From contig JBEKHC010000132.1 of assembly GCA_050012475.1 (NCBI GenBank), positions 1-10,170 on the forward strand: a stretch of 10,170 nucleotides of DNA, in the 5' to 3' direction. Made by a program: the position numbers and the translations under genes. The stretch comes from Candidatus Velthaea sp. GTDB taxonomy: Bacteria; Vulcanimicrobiota; Vulcanimicrobiia; Vulcanimicrobiales; Vulcanimicrobiaceae. This document shows positions 1-7,437 of this stretch, one piece after another (position 1 is the stretch's first letter; each line of letters starts with the position of its first letter). A model generated the notes under the pieces. It did no database searches. It had not been told where the DNA came from and saw only the letters and a list, made by a program, of their open reading frames with translations.

Positions 1-1262
1 AAGATCTGCCCCATGCTGAAATGCCAGGAGAGCAGCACGGCACCCATCGATGCCCCCGAGATCGCGCCGATACGTCCGGCGCCGGTCATCGTGCCGGTGC
101 CCGTCGCGCGCATCTCGGTCGGGTAATAGTTCGTCGCGAGCGGCACCCAGGTGGTGTTCGTACAATTGGTCGTGAGACCGAGTGCGAAGATCAGCGCGGT
201 TAGGATTCCCAGACCGACGGTGACGCCCATCGTTGCGGTTCCGATCGCGATGGCGCAGACAGCACCGACGAGCAGAACCGTCCACACGACCCGGTGCGAC
301 TCCCATTTATCCATCGCCCAGCCGATGAAGATGTTTCCGGTGACGCCGCCGACCTGTCCCATCGCGCCGATCAAGGCGGCGTCGCGGATGCTGAAGCCCA
401 CGCCTTTGATCAGCGTCGGCAGCCAGCTGTTCATCAGATAGACGGTGAACATCGTGCTGAAGATACCCATCCAGAGCAGGAGCGTGGTCGCCACGTACGG
501 ACGGGAAACGATTTGCGCAAACGGGACCTGCCCGGTGACCACTTCGTTCGTCACGAATTGCGTGTTCGCGTCAGCCGTCCCAGGAGCCATCGCGTTGACG
601 ATTTTACACAAGGCCGCGTGACGGCTGGGATGCAGCGTCAAGAAGCGGGGCGATTCCGGCAGCAGAAACACGCAGAGAAGGGCGATCAACATCGGGACGA
701 CGCCGCCGACGATCAGAATCGACGGCCAACCGTAGGTCGCGAGCAGCGCGGCGCTGAGGAAGCCGCCTAAAGCTGCGCCGACGGTGAAGCCGCAATACGT
801 CAGCGTGACGAAAATCGAGCGGTGCCGGTACGGTGCATACTCCGAGATCAGCGTTCCGGTGTTCGGCTGCGATGCGCCCAAACCGAGTCCGGTCAGAAAC
901 CGCAGGATCGTGAGCATCGTGAGGCCGGTCGAGAAGGCCGACGCGAAGCTCATGACACCGAAAAAGAGAATCGAACCGATGATGACCTTGCGGCGGCCGA
1001 TACGGTCGGCGATCGGCCCGCCCGCCATCGCGCCGATGGCCAGCCCGATCAGCGCGGCAACCAGGGTCGGCCCGAGTGCCTGACGACTGACGTGCCAAGC
1101 GTCGATCAACGACGGAATGATGAAGCCGATGGCGACGATGTCGAAGCCGTCGAGCAGCAGCACGATGAACGCCAGGATGCCGACGCGCCACTGAAACGCG
1201 CCGACGGGCCGGTCATTGAGAAAGTCTTGAAGATTTAATCGATTGATGGCTGCAGTCGCCAT
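1..1262 (-). CDS. MFS transporter, aromatic acid:H+ symporter (AAHS; PcaK/BenK-like) family; 3' end truncated by window edge
   Basis: Manual translation from ATG at 1262: MATAAINRLNLQDFLNDRPVGAFQWRVGILAFIVLLLDGFDIVAIGF... It has the AAHS TM1 motif DGFD, MFS motif A (GPIADRIGRRKVI), LRFLTGLGLG, SEYAPYRHR, LPESPRFL and YYPTEMRATG. The frame stays open to position 3 (420 codons). SD AAGGAGG at 1279-1273. Confidence 0.93.
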   Translation of the reverse strand, partial: MATAAINRLNLQDFLNDRPVGAFQWRVGILAFIVLLLDGFDIVAIGFIIPSLIDAWHVSRQALGPTLVAALIGLAIGAMAGGPIADRIGRRKVIIGSILFFGVMSFASAFSTGLTMLTILRFLTGLGLGASQPNTGTLISEYAPYRHRSIFVTLTYCGFTVGAALGGFLSAALLATYGWPSILIVGGVVPMLIALLCVFLLPESPRFLTLHPSRHAALCKIVNAMAPGTADANTQFVTNEVVTGQVPFAQIVSRPYVATTLLLWMGIFSTMFTVYLMNSWLPTLIKGVGFSIRDAALIGAMGQVGGVTGNIFIGWAMDKWESHRVVWTVLLVGAVCAIAIGTATMGVTVGLGILTALIFALGLTTNCTNTTWVPLATNYYPTEMRATGTGTMTGAGRIGAISGASMGAVLLSWHFSMGQI

Positions 1263-1272
1263 TTCTCTTGAT

Positions 1273-1279
1273 CCTCCTT
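1273..1279 (-). promoter_or_regulatory. Shine-Dalgarno site of the AAHS MFS gene
   Basis: Minus strand reads AAGGAGG-atcaagagaa-ATG (10-nt spacer). Confidence 0.8.
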
Positions 1280-2082
1280 AAAGGAGCGGCAACCCCGGTG
1301 ACGCTCGGCAAAGTGTCCGCGAGGCAAAGCTCAGGCGCGCAAAAAGTAGCGCGTGATGTTGATGCGGTACCCGATGGCCGAGGCGCACGCCGAAGCCGGA
1401 TTGAAGCTGCCGGTTTGTGGCATGATGTTGCCGACGACCAGTGCAGCCGCCGTGCTGCCGAGGACGGCAATGAACGGCGCGGGCCGACCCTCGGCGGCGA
1501 CGCGTGCTTGAGGCTGGTTTCTGCGTTTGTCATGTATCATTCGCTACGATCCCAAGAGCAATTGGCGATTGCACGAAGCCGAGCCGAGTCGGCAGCCTTT
1601 GCGCCCAAGGGTTTGGCCGAGGCGCAAACGCCCGGCTCGGCGTCGCCGTACGGCTGACACGATCGCACGCGCTATTTACGTGCTGCCCAATTTTCTCGCG
1701 CCGCCCGATTTTAATTTTCGCGCGGCTCGCTTCAAGACGTTGAACAAGCCGACGAAAATACCTGTCACGAATTTTGAAGCTGCAGAAGCTATTTTTCACG
1801 GCGCGCGCCGCAGTAAGTTGCGCGCGGTGCGCGGCGTGCACTTCGGATAAAGACCGCGCCGCCGCGCTTGCTTCTGCGCTAACACAGGACTCCGCGCGGC
1901 CGCGGCCGGCTTCGTGAACGCCGCTGCGGTGAGTCCGCGCAAAGGCCGACTGCGGTCGGTAAGCCGTCGCACAAAGGAACGCTTCCGCGCGGCGATCGGC
2001 AACGATTGTCAGCCCTTTTTGAGCGATTTTTGGGCGGCCGCCGCCGGTAAGACGCTCTCCAACTGTGATCGCCGTGACTGTT

Positions 2083-2096
2083 GAACTAAATAGTTC
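2083..2096. promoter_or_regulatory. Candidate operator palindrome GAACTA-AA-TAGTTC
   Basis: Perfect 6-2-6 AT-rich inverted repeat in a GC-rich intergenic region, about 215 nt upstream of the first operon gene. It extends imperfectly (CTGT...ACAG). Confidence 0.4.
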
Positions 2097-2311
2097 GGAC
2101 AGGGGAGTAAGCTGGGAGGGAAACGGCTCGGTGCTCAAAGAAGCCGAAAAAACCATCTTGCGCGCCGGCGGCGGAGCGACGAAAATCTATGTACTGAGCT
2201 CGGACTTTTGATCCCGACCAGCGCCTTCTCCGCGTCGGAGACCCAAGCCGCGGGATAACCCGCAGGCCGCACTTTCTTCTAAAGTCACTGGAGCATAGCG
2301 AGGACCCGCAC

Positions 2312-3769
2312 ATGACCGCAACGGTAGCAGAACCCAAGAAATCGATATCCGAGGCGCAGCAGAAGGAACTCGACGACGTTTTCGACCGGGCCCGCAAGGC
2401 ACTCGCCATCATCGAGGGCTACGACCAAGCGCGGGTCGACCGGCTCTGTCAAGCCGTCGCGTGGGCAGTCGCGAACAAAAAGACGTTTCGCCGTCTCGTC
2501 GACATGGGCATCGAAGAGAGCCGCTTGGGCGACGCGGTGAGCCGGATGGGCAAGCGCCTCAAAATTCGCGGCGTGTTGCGCGACGCGCTGCGCCAGAAGA
2601 GCGTCGGTATCATCGAAGAGATTCCGGAAAAAGGCATCGCCAAGTACGGCAAGCCGGCCGGGATCATCGCCTGCATCGTGCCCACCACCAATCCGGATCT
2701 CACGCCGGCGGGCAACGCGATCTACGGGATCAAGGCCCGCGACGTCGTGGTCTTTTCACCGCACCCGCGTTCGAAGAAAACGTCGTTCGAGACCGTGCGC
2801 TTGATGCGCGAAGCACTCGAGCGCGAGGGCGCGCCGCCCGACATCCTGCAATGCTTGACGCAGGTCAATATCCCGATGTCACAAGCACTCATGGCGCGGG
2901 CGGATCTCGTCGTCGCGACCGGCGGCCAACCGATGGTCCGCGCAGCGTACAGTTCGGGGACACCGGCGTACGGAGTCGGAGCGGGCAACTCGACCATGAT
3001 CATCGACGAGACGGCGAACGTCGAAGAAGCCGCCCGCAATACGCGTTTGAGTAAGACCTCCGATTTCGGCTCGGGCTGCTCGGCCGACGGCAACCTCATC
3101 ATCGACGCATCGATCTTCGACGCGATGGTCAAACAGCTGCAAGTAGAGGGCGGCCATCTGGCTTCGGACGCCGAAAAAGCGGCGCTGCAAAAAGTGATGT
3201 GGGACGACACCGGACATCGCACGCCCGACACCGTCGCGATCGCCCCGCAGCAGCTTGCCAAAGCGGCGGGCTTTACGGTCCCCGACGACTGCAAGTTCAT
3301 CTTCGTGTACGGCGACGGCATCGGCAAGCAACATCTGTTCTCGGGCGAAAAGCTTACGACGCTGCTGGCCGTTTTCAAATACGAGGGCGGCTTCGATACC
3401 GCGCTCAAGATGATGCAGCAGGTTTACGAAGTGGGCGGCAAGGGCCACTCGTGCGGCATCTACTCGTTCGACCCCGACCACATCCATCGCCTGGCGCTGC
3501 TCGCGCCGGTGAGCCGGATCATGGTCCGCCAGCCGCAATCCAAAGCCAACGCGGGTGCCTTCAACAACGGCATGCCGATGACGTCGAGCATGGGCTGCGG
3601 CACGTGGGGCGGTAATATCGTGTCGGAAAACGTAGCGCTCAAACACTACCTCAACACCACCTGGGTGTCGCTGCCGATCAAAGAAGACCGGCCGTCGGAT
3701 GAGGAACTATTCGGCGAGTTCTACGACCCCGCGTTGGAAGATAGCGTCGGCGACCAGATCACGTCCTAA
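2312..3769 (+). CDS. CoA-acylating aldehyde dehydrogenase (SauS/SucD/AdhE-N-terminal-like family), 485 aa
   Basis: Motifs PTTNP, FSPHP, ATGG..MVRAAYSSGTPAYGVGAGN, SKTSDFGSGC (catalytic Cys256), FSGEKL, GHS and MGCGTWGGN..SEN are typical of acylating ALDHs. The C-terminus resembles sulfoacetaldehyde dehydrogenase SauS. SD GAGGA at 2300-2304. Confidence 0.92.
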   Translation: MTATVAEPKKSISEAQQKELDDVFDRARKALAIIEGYDQARVDRLCQAVAWAVANKKTFRRLVDMGIEESRLGDAVSRMGKRLKIRGVLRDALRQKSVGIIEEIPEKGIAKYGKPAGIIACIVPTTNPDLTPAGNAIYGIKARDVVVFSPHPRSKKTSFETVRLMREALEREGAPPDILQCLTQVNIPMSQALMARADLVVATGGQPMVRAAYSSGTPAYGVGAGNSTMIIDETANVEEAARNTRLSKTSDFGSGCSADGNLIIDASIFDAMVKQLQVEGGHLASDAEKAALQKVMWDDTGHRTPDTVAIAPQQLAKAAGFTVPDDCKFIFVYGDGIGKQHLFSGEKLTTLLAVFKYEGGFDTALKMMQQVYEVGGKGHSCGIYSFDPDHIHRLALLAPVSRIMVRQPQSKANAGAFNNGMPMTSSMGCGTWGGNIVSENVALKHYLNTTWVSLPIKEDRPSDEELFGEFYDPALEDSVGDQITS

Positions 3770-3807
3770 ACTACTGCACCGTGCGCTGAACGAATCGCAG
3801 GCGAACC

Positions 3808-4671
3808 GTGGCGACAACAACCAAGAAGAGCGCGGAAGAAATCCTGGAGGACGCTTCCGCCTGGTGGTCCACGTCGATCATCGACATTCATCCGGGCAAG
3901 ATCGCGATGCGCGGCTATCCGATCCAGGAGCTGATCGGTCAAGTACGCTTCCCCGAGATGGTTTGGCTGATGTTGCGCGGCGAACTGCCGACGCGGGCGC
4001 AGGGCGACTTGCTCGAGGCGGCGATGGTCGCCGCCGTCGACCACGGGCCGCACGCGCCGTCGATCGCGATTTCGCGGATGGCGGTGAGCTGCGGCCTGCC
4101 GGTCAACGGCGCGATGGCGTCGGCCATCAACGCGCTCGACGACATTCACGGCGGCGCCGGTCAGCAGTGCATGGAGCTGTATCACGAGATTCGCGCCGAG
4201 GCGCGCGACGATGCGGACACCGAGCGGGCGACCGATACGGTGCTCAAGCGGTGGCGCGACGCCGGCACCAAGATCGTGCCAGGGTTCGGTCACCGCTTTC
4301 ATCCGCTCGACCCGCGGACGCCGCGGCTGCTCGAAATGCTCCGCGCGGCCGAAGCCGCGGGCGCGGTTCCGGGCGGCTTTGCGCGCATCGGCCGCGCCGT
4401 CGAAGCGAATCTGACGGCTGCCAAGGGCAAGGCGATTCCGATGAATATCGACGGCGTGACGGCCGTCATCTATTGCGAGCTGGGCTTTGAACCCGAACTG
4501 GGGCGCGGCATCTTCATTCTGTCGCGCGCGGTCGGCATCTTGGCACATGCTTGGGAGCAGAAACAGGAGGGCAGACGGATCAAGGGACCGATGCCCACCA
4601 GCATTCCCTACCGCTACACGGGCCCGGCGCTCCGGACCGTGCCGGCCCGGTCGCAGAACGGGTCGGCTTGA
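3808..4671 (+). CDS. Citryl-CoA lyase-like protein (short citrate synthase family), 287 aa
   Basis: RGYPIQELIG, VDHGPHAPS, IHGGAG, VPGFGHRFHPLDPR, MNIDG and FILSRAVGILAHAWEQ. The citrate synthase His/His/Asp motifs are present in a ~290 aa frame typical of citryl-CoA lyases. GTG start with a weak SD, so the exact start is uncertain. Confidence 0.88.
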   Translation: MATTTKKSAEEILEDASAWWSTSIIDIHPGKIAMRGYPIQELIGQVRFPEMVWLMLRGELPTRAQGDLLEAAMVAAVDHGPHAPSIAISRMAVSCGLPVNGAMASAINALDDIHGGAGQQCMELYHEIRAEARDDADTERATDTVLKRWRDAGTKIVPGFGHRFHPLDPRTPRLLEMLRAAEAAGAVPGGFARIGRAVEANLTAAKGKAIPMNIDGVTAVIYCELGFEPELGRGIFILSRAVGILAHAWEQKQEGRRIKGPMPTSIPYRYTGPALRTVPARSQNGSA

Positions 4672-4732
4672 AGCGGAACGTACCTCGAATTATCCGCGGC
4701 GGACGGCCGGAAAACTGCACGAAGAGGGACAC

Positions 4733-6511
4733 ATGAAGGATCTGATCGCCAACCAGCTCGTGAAATACCTCGAAGCTCGCGGGATCGAGCACATCTTTGG
4801 TCTTTGCGGGCACACGAATATCGCGGTGCTCGCGGCGCTGTCGAAAAGTAAGATCCAGTTCATCAATGTTCGTCACGAGCAAATCGCAGCTCACGCAGCT
4901 GACGGTTACGCCCGGGCGAAGAATCAGACGTCGGTCGTGCTCACCCATCTTGGTCCCGGCCTCACCAACGCGGCGACCGGGGTGGCCAACGCGGCCCTCG
5001 ACTCGATTCCGATGGTCGTCATCGCCGGCGACGTGCCGAGCCACTACTACGGCAAGAATCCGCATCAGGAAGTCAACCTGCATGCGGACGCGCAGCAATA
5101 CGAGATCTATCGCCCGTTCGTGAAACGCGCCTGGCGGGTCGACCGCCCCGATCTCTTTCCCGAGATCATCGAGAAGGCGTTTGCGCTGGCCGCCAGCGGG
5201 CGGCCCGGCCCCGTGCTCGTCGACGTCCCGATGGACATCTTCTCGAAAGAAGTCGACGTCGCGCGCTTCGAGCGCTTACTGCTCAATGCGAAAACGCTGC
5301 ACAAGCCCACGATCGACGAAGAGCTCGCGGCGGAGATCGTTGGAAAGCTCGCGGCGGCGAAAAATCCGGTGCTCTACGTCGGCGGCGGCATCATGCTCGC
5401 GGACGCGAGCACGGAGCTGCGCCAATTGGTCGACCACTTGAGCATCCCGGTCGCGCATAGCCTGATGGGCAAAGGCGCAGTGCCGGACGACCATCCGCTG
5501 GTCCTGGGGATGACGGGCTTCTGGGGCACGAAATACATCAACGACAAGTGCAAGGGCGCCGACCTCATCTTGGCGCTCGGAGCGCGCTTCACGGAAGCCG
5601 ATTCCAGCTCGTGGGAGCCCGAGTACACGTTCAACTTTCCCCCGACCAAGCTCATTCACATCGATATCGATCCCAATGAGATCGGCCGGAACTATCCCGT
5701 TGAGATCGGCGCGGTCGCGGACCTCAAAGCCGCGCTGACCGTCCTCAATCGCGTCGCGCGCCGTGTCGTGAGCGCCGGCATCCAGCGGCCCGAATTGGTG
5801 CGCGAAATCGCGGAGGTGCGCGCGAAATTCGTCGCCGGCAATCGCGCGCACCAACAGAGCAACGAGTACCCGATGCGTCCGGAACGGATACTTGCCGACG
5901 TGCGCGCCGTGCTGCCGCGCAACGCGCTCATCACCACGGACGTCGGCTGGAACAAGAACGGCGTCGGTCAGCAGTTCGACATCTACGAACCCGGCACGAT
6001 CTTCACGCCGGGCGGCTATGCGACGATGGGCTTCGGCGGCCCCGCGGCGCTGGGCGCCAAGATCGCCAAACCCGACCGCGTGGTCGTCGCGCTGGTGGGC
6101 GACGGCGGCTTCGGCCAAAATCCGGCGCTGCTCGCCACCGCGTACGAACACGACATTGCGGTCGTGTGGGTCGTCATGAACAACAACGCCTTCGGCACGA
6201 TCGCCGGACTGGAGAAGGCGCACTACGGCACGACGTTCGGCACGGTGTTCGAGAAGGACGGCAAGCCTTCGCAGCAGCCGAACTATGCCGCGATCGCGGC
6301 CGCCTACGGCATCGACAGCCATAAGGTGGAGTCGGCAGCCGATTTCAAAACCACGCTGGAGCGCGCGATCGCGGGCAAGCGTCCGTTCGTGATCGATGTC
6401 GCGATGCAAAATGAGCCCGTTCCTACCGCGGGCCACTGGAACATCATGGACATCTACTCGCCCGGCAAGAAAGTGCACCACGCGAGCACCGGTACGCCCG
6501 TCCACGCATGA
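4733..6511 (+). CDS. Thiamine diphosphate-dependent enzyme (acetolactate synthase-like fold; IolD/cyclohexanedione hydrolase-like active-site motif), 592 aa
   Basis: FGLCGHTN, RHEQ (catalytic Glu), HLGPGLTN, GRPGPV, IHIDID, TMGFG and the ThDP motif GDGG...NN. The start is set at ATG 4733 after SD GAGGG (4724-4728), not at the ORF-track start 4487. Confidence 0.93.
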   Translation: MKDLIANQLVKYLEARGIEHIFGLCGHTNIAVLAALSKSKIQFINVRHEQIAAHAADGYARAKNQTSVVLTHLGPGLTNAATGVANAALDSIPMVVIAGDVPSHYYGKNPHQEVNLHADAQQYEIYRPFVKRAWRVDRPDLFPEIIEKAFALAASGRPGPVLVDVPMDIFSKEVDVARFERLLLNAKTLHKPTIDEELAAEIVGKLAAAKNPVLYVGGGIMLADASTELRQLVDHLSIPVAHSLMGKGAVPDDHPLVLGMTGFWGTKYINDKCKGADLILALGARFTEADSSSWEPEYTFNFPPTKLIHIDIDPNEIGRNYPVEIGAVADLKAALTVLNRVARRVVSAGIQRPELVREIAEVRAKFVAGNRAHQQSNEYPMRPERILADVRAVLPRNALITTDVGWNKNGVGQQFDIYEPGTIFTPGGYATMGFGGPAALGAKIAKPDRVVVALVGDGGFGQNPALLATAYEHDIAVVWVVMNNNAFGTIAGLEKAHYGTTFGTVFEKDGKPSQQPNYAAIAAAYGIDSHKVESAADFKTTLERAIAGKRPFVIDVAMQNEPVPTAGHWNIMDIYSPGKKVHHASTGTPVHA

Positions 6512-6518
6512 AGCGGCC

Positions 6519-6544
6519 CCAGACGCCGCGGGGGCGGCGTCTGG
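6519..6544. repeat. Perfect 11-bp inverted repeat (hairpin) just downstream of the ThDP gene
   Basis: CCAGACGCCGC-GGGG-GCGGCGTCTGG, with no U-tract on either side. Confidence 0.75.
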
Positions 6545-6597
6545 TATCGCCCGCAGCTTGCCCGTGCCCCTTCTTTCGTTAAAGAGAATCGACCGCA

Positions 6598-7437
6598 ATG
6601 AGACATGAATATTCGATCTCGCACCTGACTGCTCTCGGGCTGGATTCGATCCAGCTGGTCGAGGTTGCGGCCAGTGCGGGTTATGAGTTCGTCGGTCTGC
6701 GTTTGAATCGGGTCACCGATGAGGAGCCGCTGTACGACCTGATCGGGGATCGTGCGTTGATGAAAGCAACGAAGGCTCGAATGGCGGCGACCGGGGTCCG
6801 CGCTCTCGACGTCGAGTTGGCGCGGATGAGCCCGGAACTCGACGCGCAACACTTCTTTCCGCTGCTCGATGCCGGTGCCGAACTCGGTGCCCGGCACGTC
6901 ATCACGCAACTACCCGACCCCGATCGCGAGCGAGCCGTGGAGCGCTTTGCAACGCTATGCGATTACGCAAAGCCCTTGGGTTTGACCCTCGATCTCGAAT
7001 TCCCAACTTGGTCGGAAACGCCGAACCTCACCGAAGCCGCGCGAGTCTTGCGCGCCGTGAACAAGTCGAACGCGGGCATTTTAATCGACATTTTGCATGT
7101 TGGGCGCTCCCACTCGAGCTTGGAATATCTCAAAACGCTGCCGCGCGAGTGGTTCCACTACGCGCAGCTGTGCGACGCGCCTTTGGAAGCGCCGGCGACG
7201 CTCGAAGGGGTCATCCATGCCGCGCGCTGCGAGCGTTTGTTCTGCGGCGAGGGCGGCCTGGGCGTGCGTGAGATCCTCGCCTGCATCCCGGAAAACATGG
7301 TGTATGCGCTCGAGATTCCGCGGGACTCGCTGGCGAGCGTCATCGGGCTCGAGGAGTACGCCACGCTGGCGCTTGCGGCTGCACGAAAGTATCTTGATGG
7401 AGCCGACGTTCCGGCGAGGGAAGTCGTTCGGTCGTAA
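6598..7437 (+). CDS. Sugar phosphate isomerase/epimerase family (AP endonuclease 2 / xylose isomerase-like TIM barrel) metalloprotein, possible dehydratase, 279 aa
   Basis: AASAGYEFVGLR, LDLEFPTW, ILIDILH, QLCDAP, ERLFCGEG and ALEIP give the E/D/H/Q/R/E pattern of this family. Confidence 0.88.
   Translation: MRHEYSISHLTALGLDSIQLVEVAASAGYEFVGLRLNRVTDEEPLYDLIGDRALMKATKARMAATGVRALDVELARMSPELDAQHFFPLLDAGAELGARHVITQLPDPDRERAVERFATLCDYAKPLGLTLDLEFPTWSETPNLTEAARVLRAVNKSNAGILIDILHVGRSHSSLEYLKTLPREWFHYAQLCDAPLEAPATLEGVIHAARCERLFCGEGGLGVREILACIPENMVYALEIPRDSLASVIGLEEYATLALAAARKYLDGADVPAREVVRS

Noticed and set aside
1558..1572. GCAAT-N5-ATTGC palindrome and TGGC/TTGC as a possible sigma-54 promoter
   Set aside because: GG-to-GC spacing does not fit -24/-12, and a 5-bp arm palindrome is too weak alone.
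1530..2156. 208-aa minus-strand ORF in the intergenic region
   Set aside because: No recognisable domain or HTH, atypical composition and no convincing start signal; not called without homology evidence.
3808..4671. Evidence for reverse TCA carbon fixation (citryl-CoA synthetase/lyase) or housekeeping gltA
   Set aside because: No citryl-CoA synthetase subunits or TCA genes nearby, the protein is too short for GltA, and the context is catabolic.
4487..4732. 82-aa N-terminal extension of the ThDP enzyme in the ORF track
   Set aside because: It overlaps the lyase gene, reads as Arg-rich off-frame sequence, and homology plus a good SD both begin at ATG 4733.
5276..6598. 440-aa antisense ORF (likewise 7884-9149, 2879-3646, 2722-3408, 3766-4548 and the plus-strand ORFs within 21-1238)
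   Set aside because: Shadow ORFs opposite well-supported genes, expected from GC-rich codon bias; no recognisable motifs.
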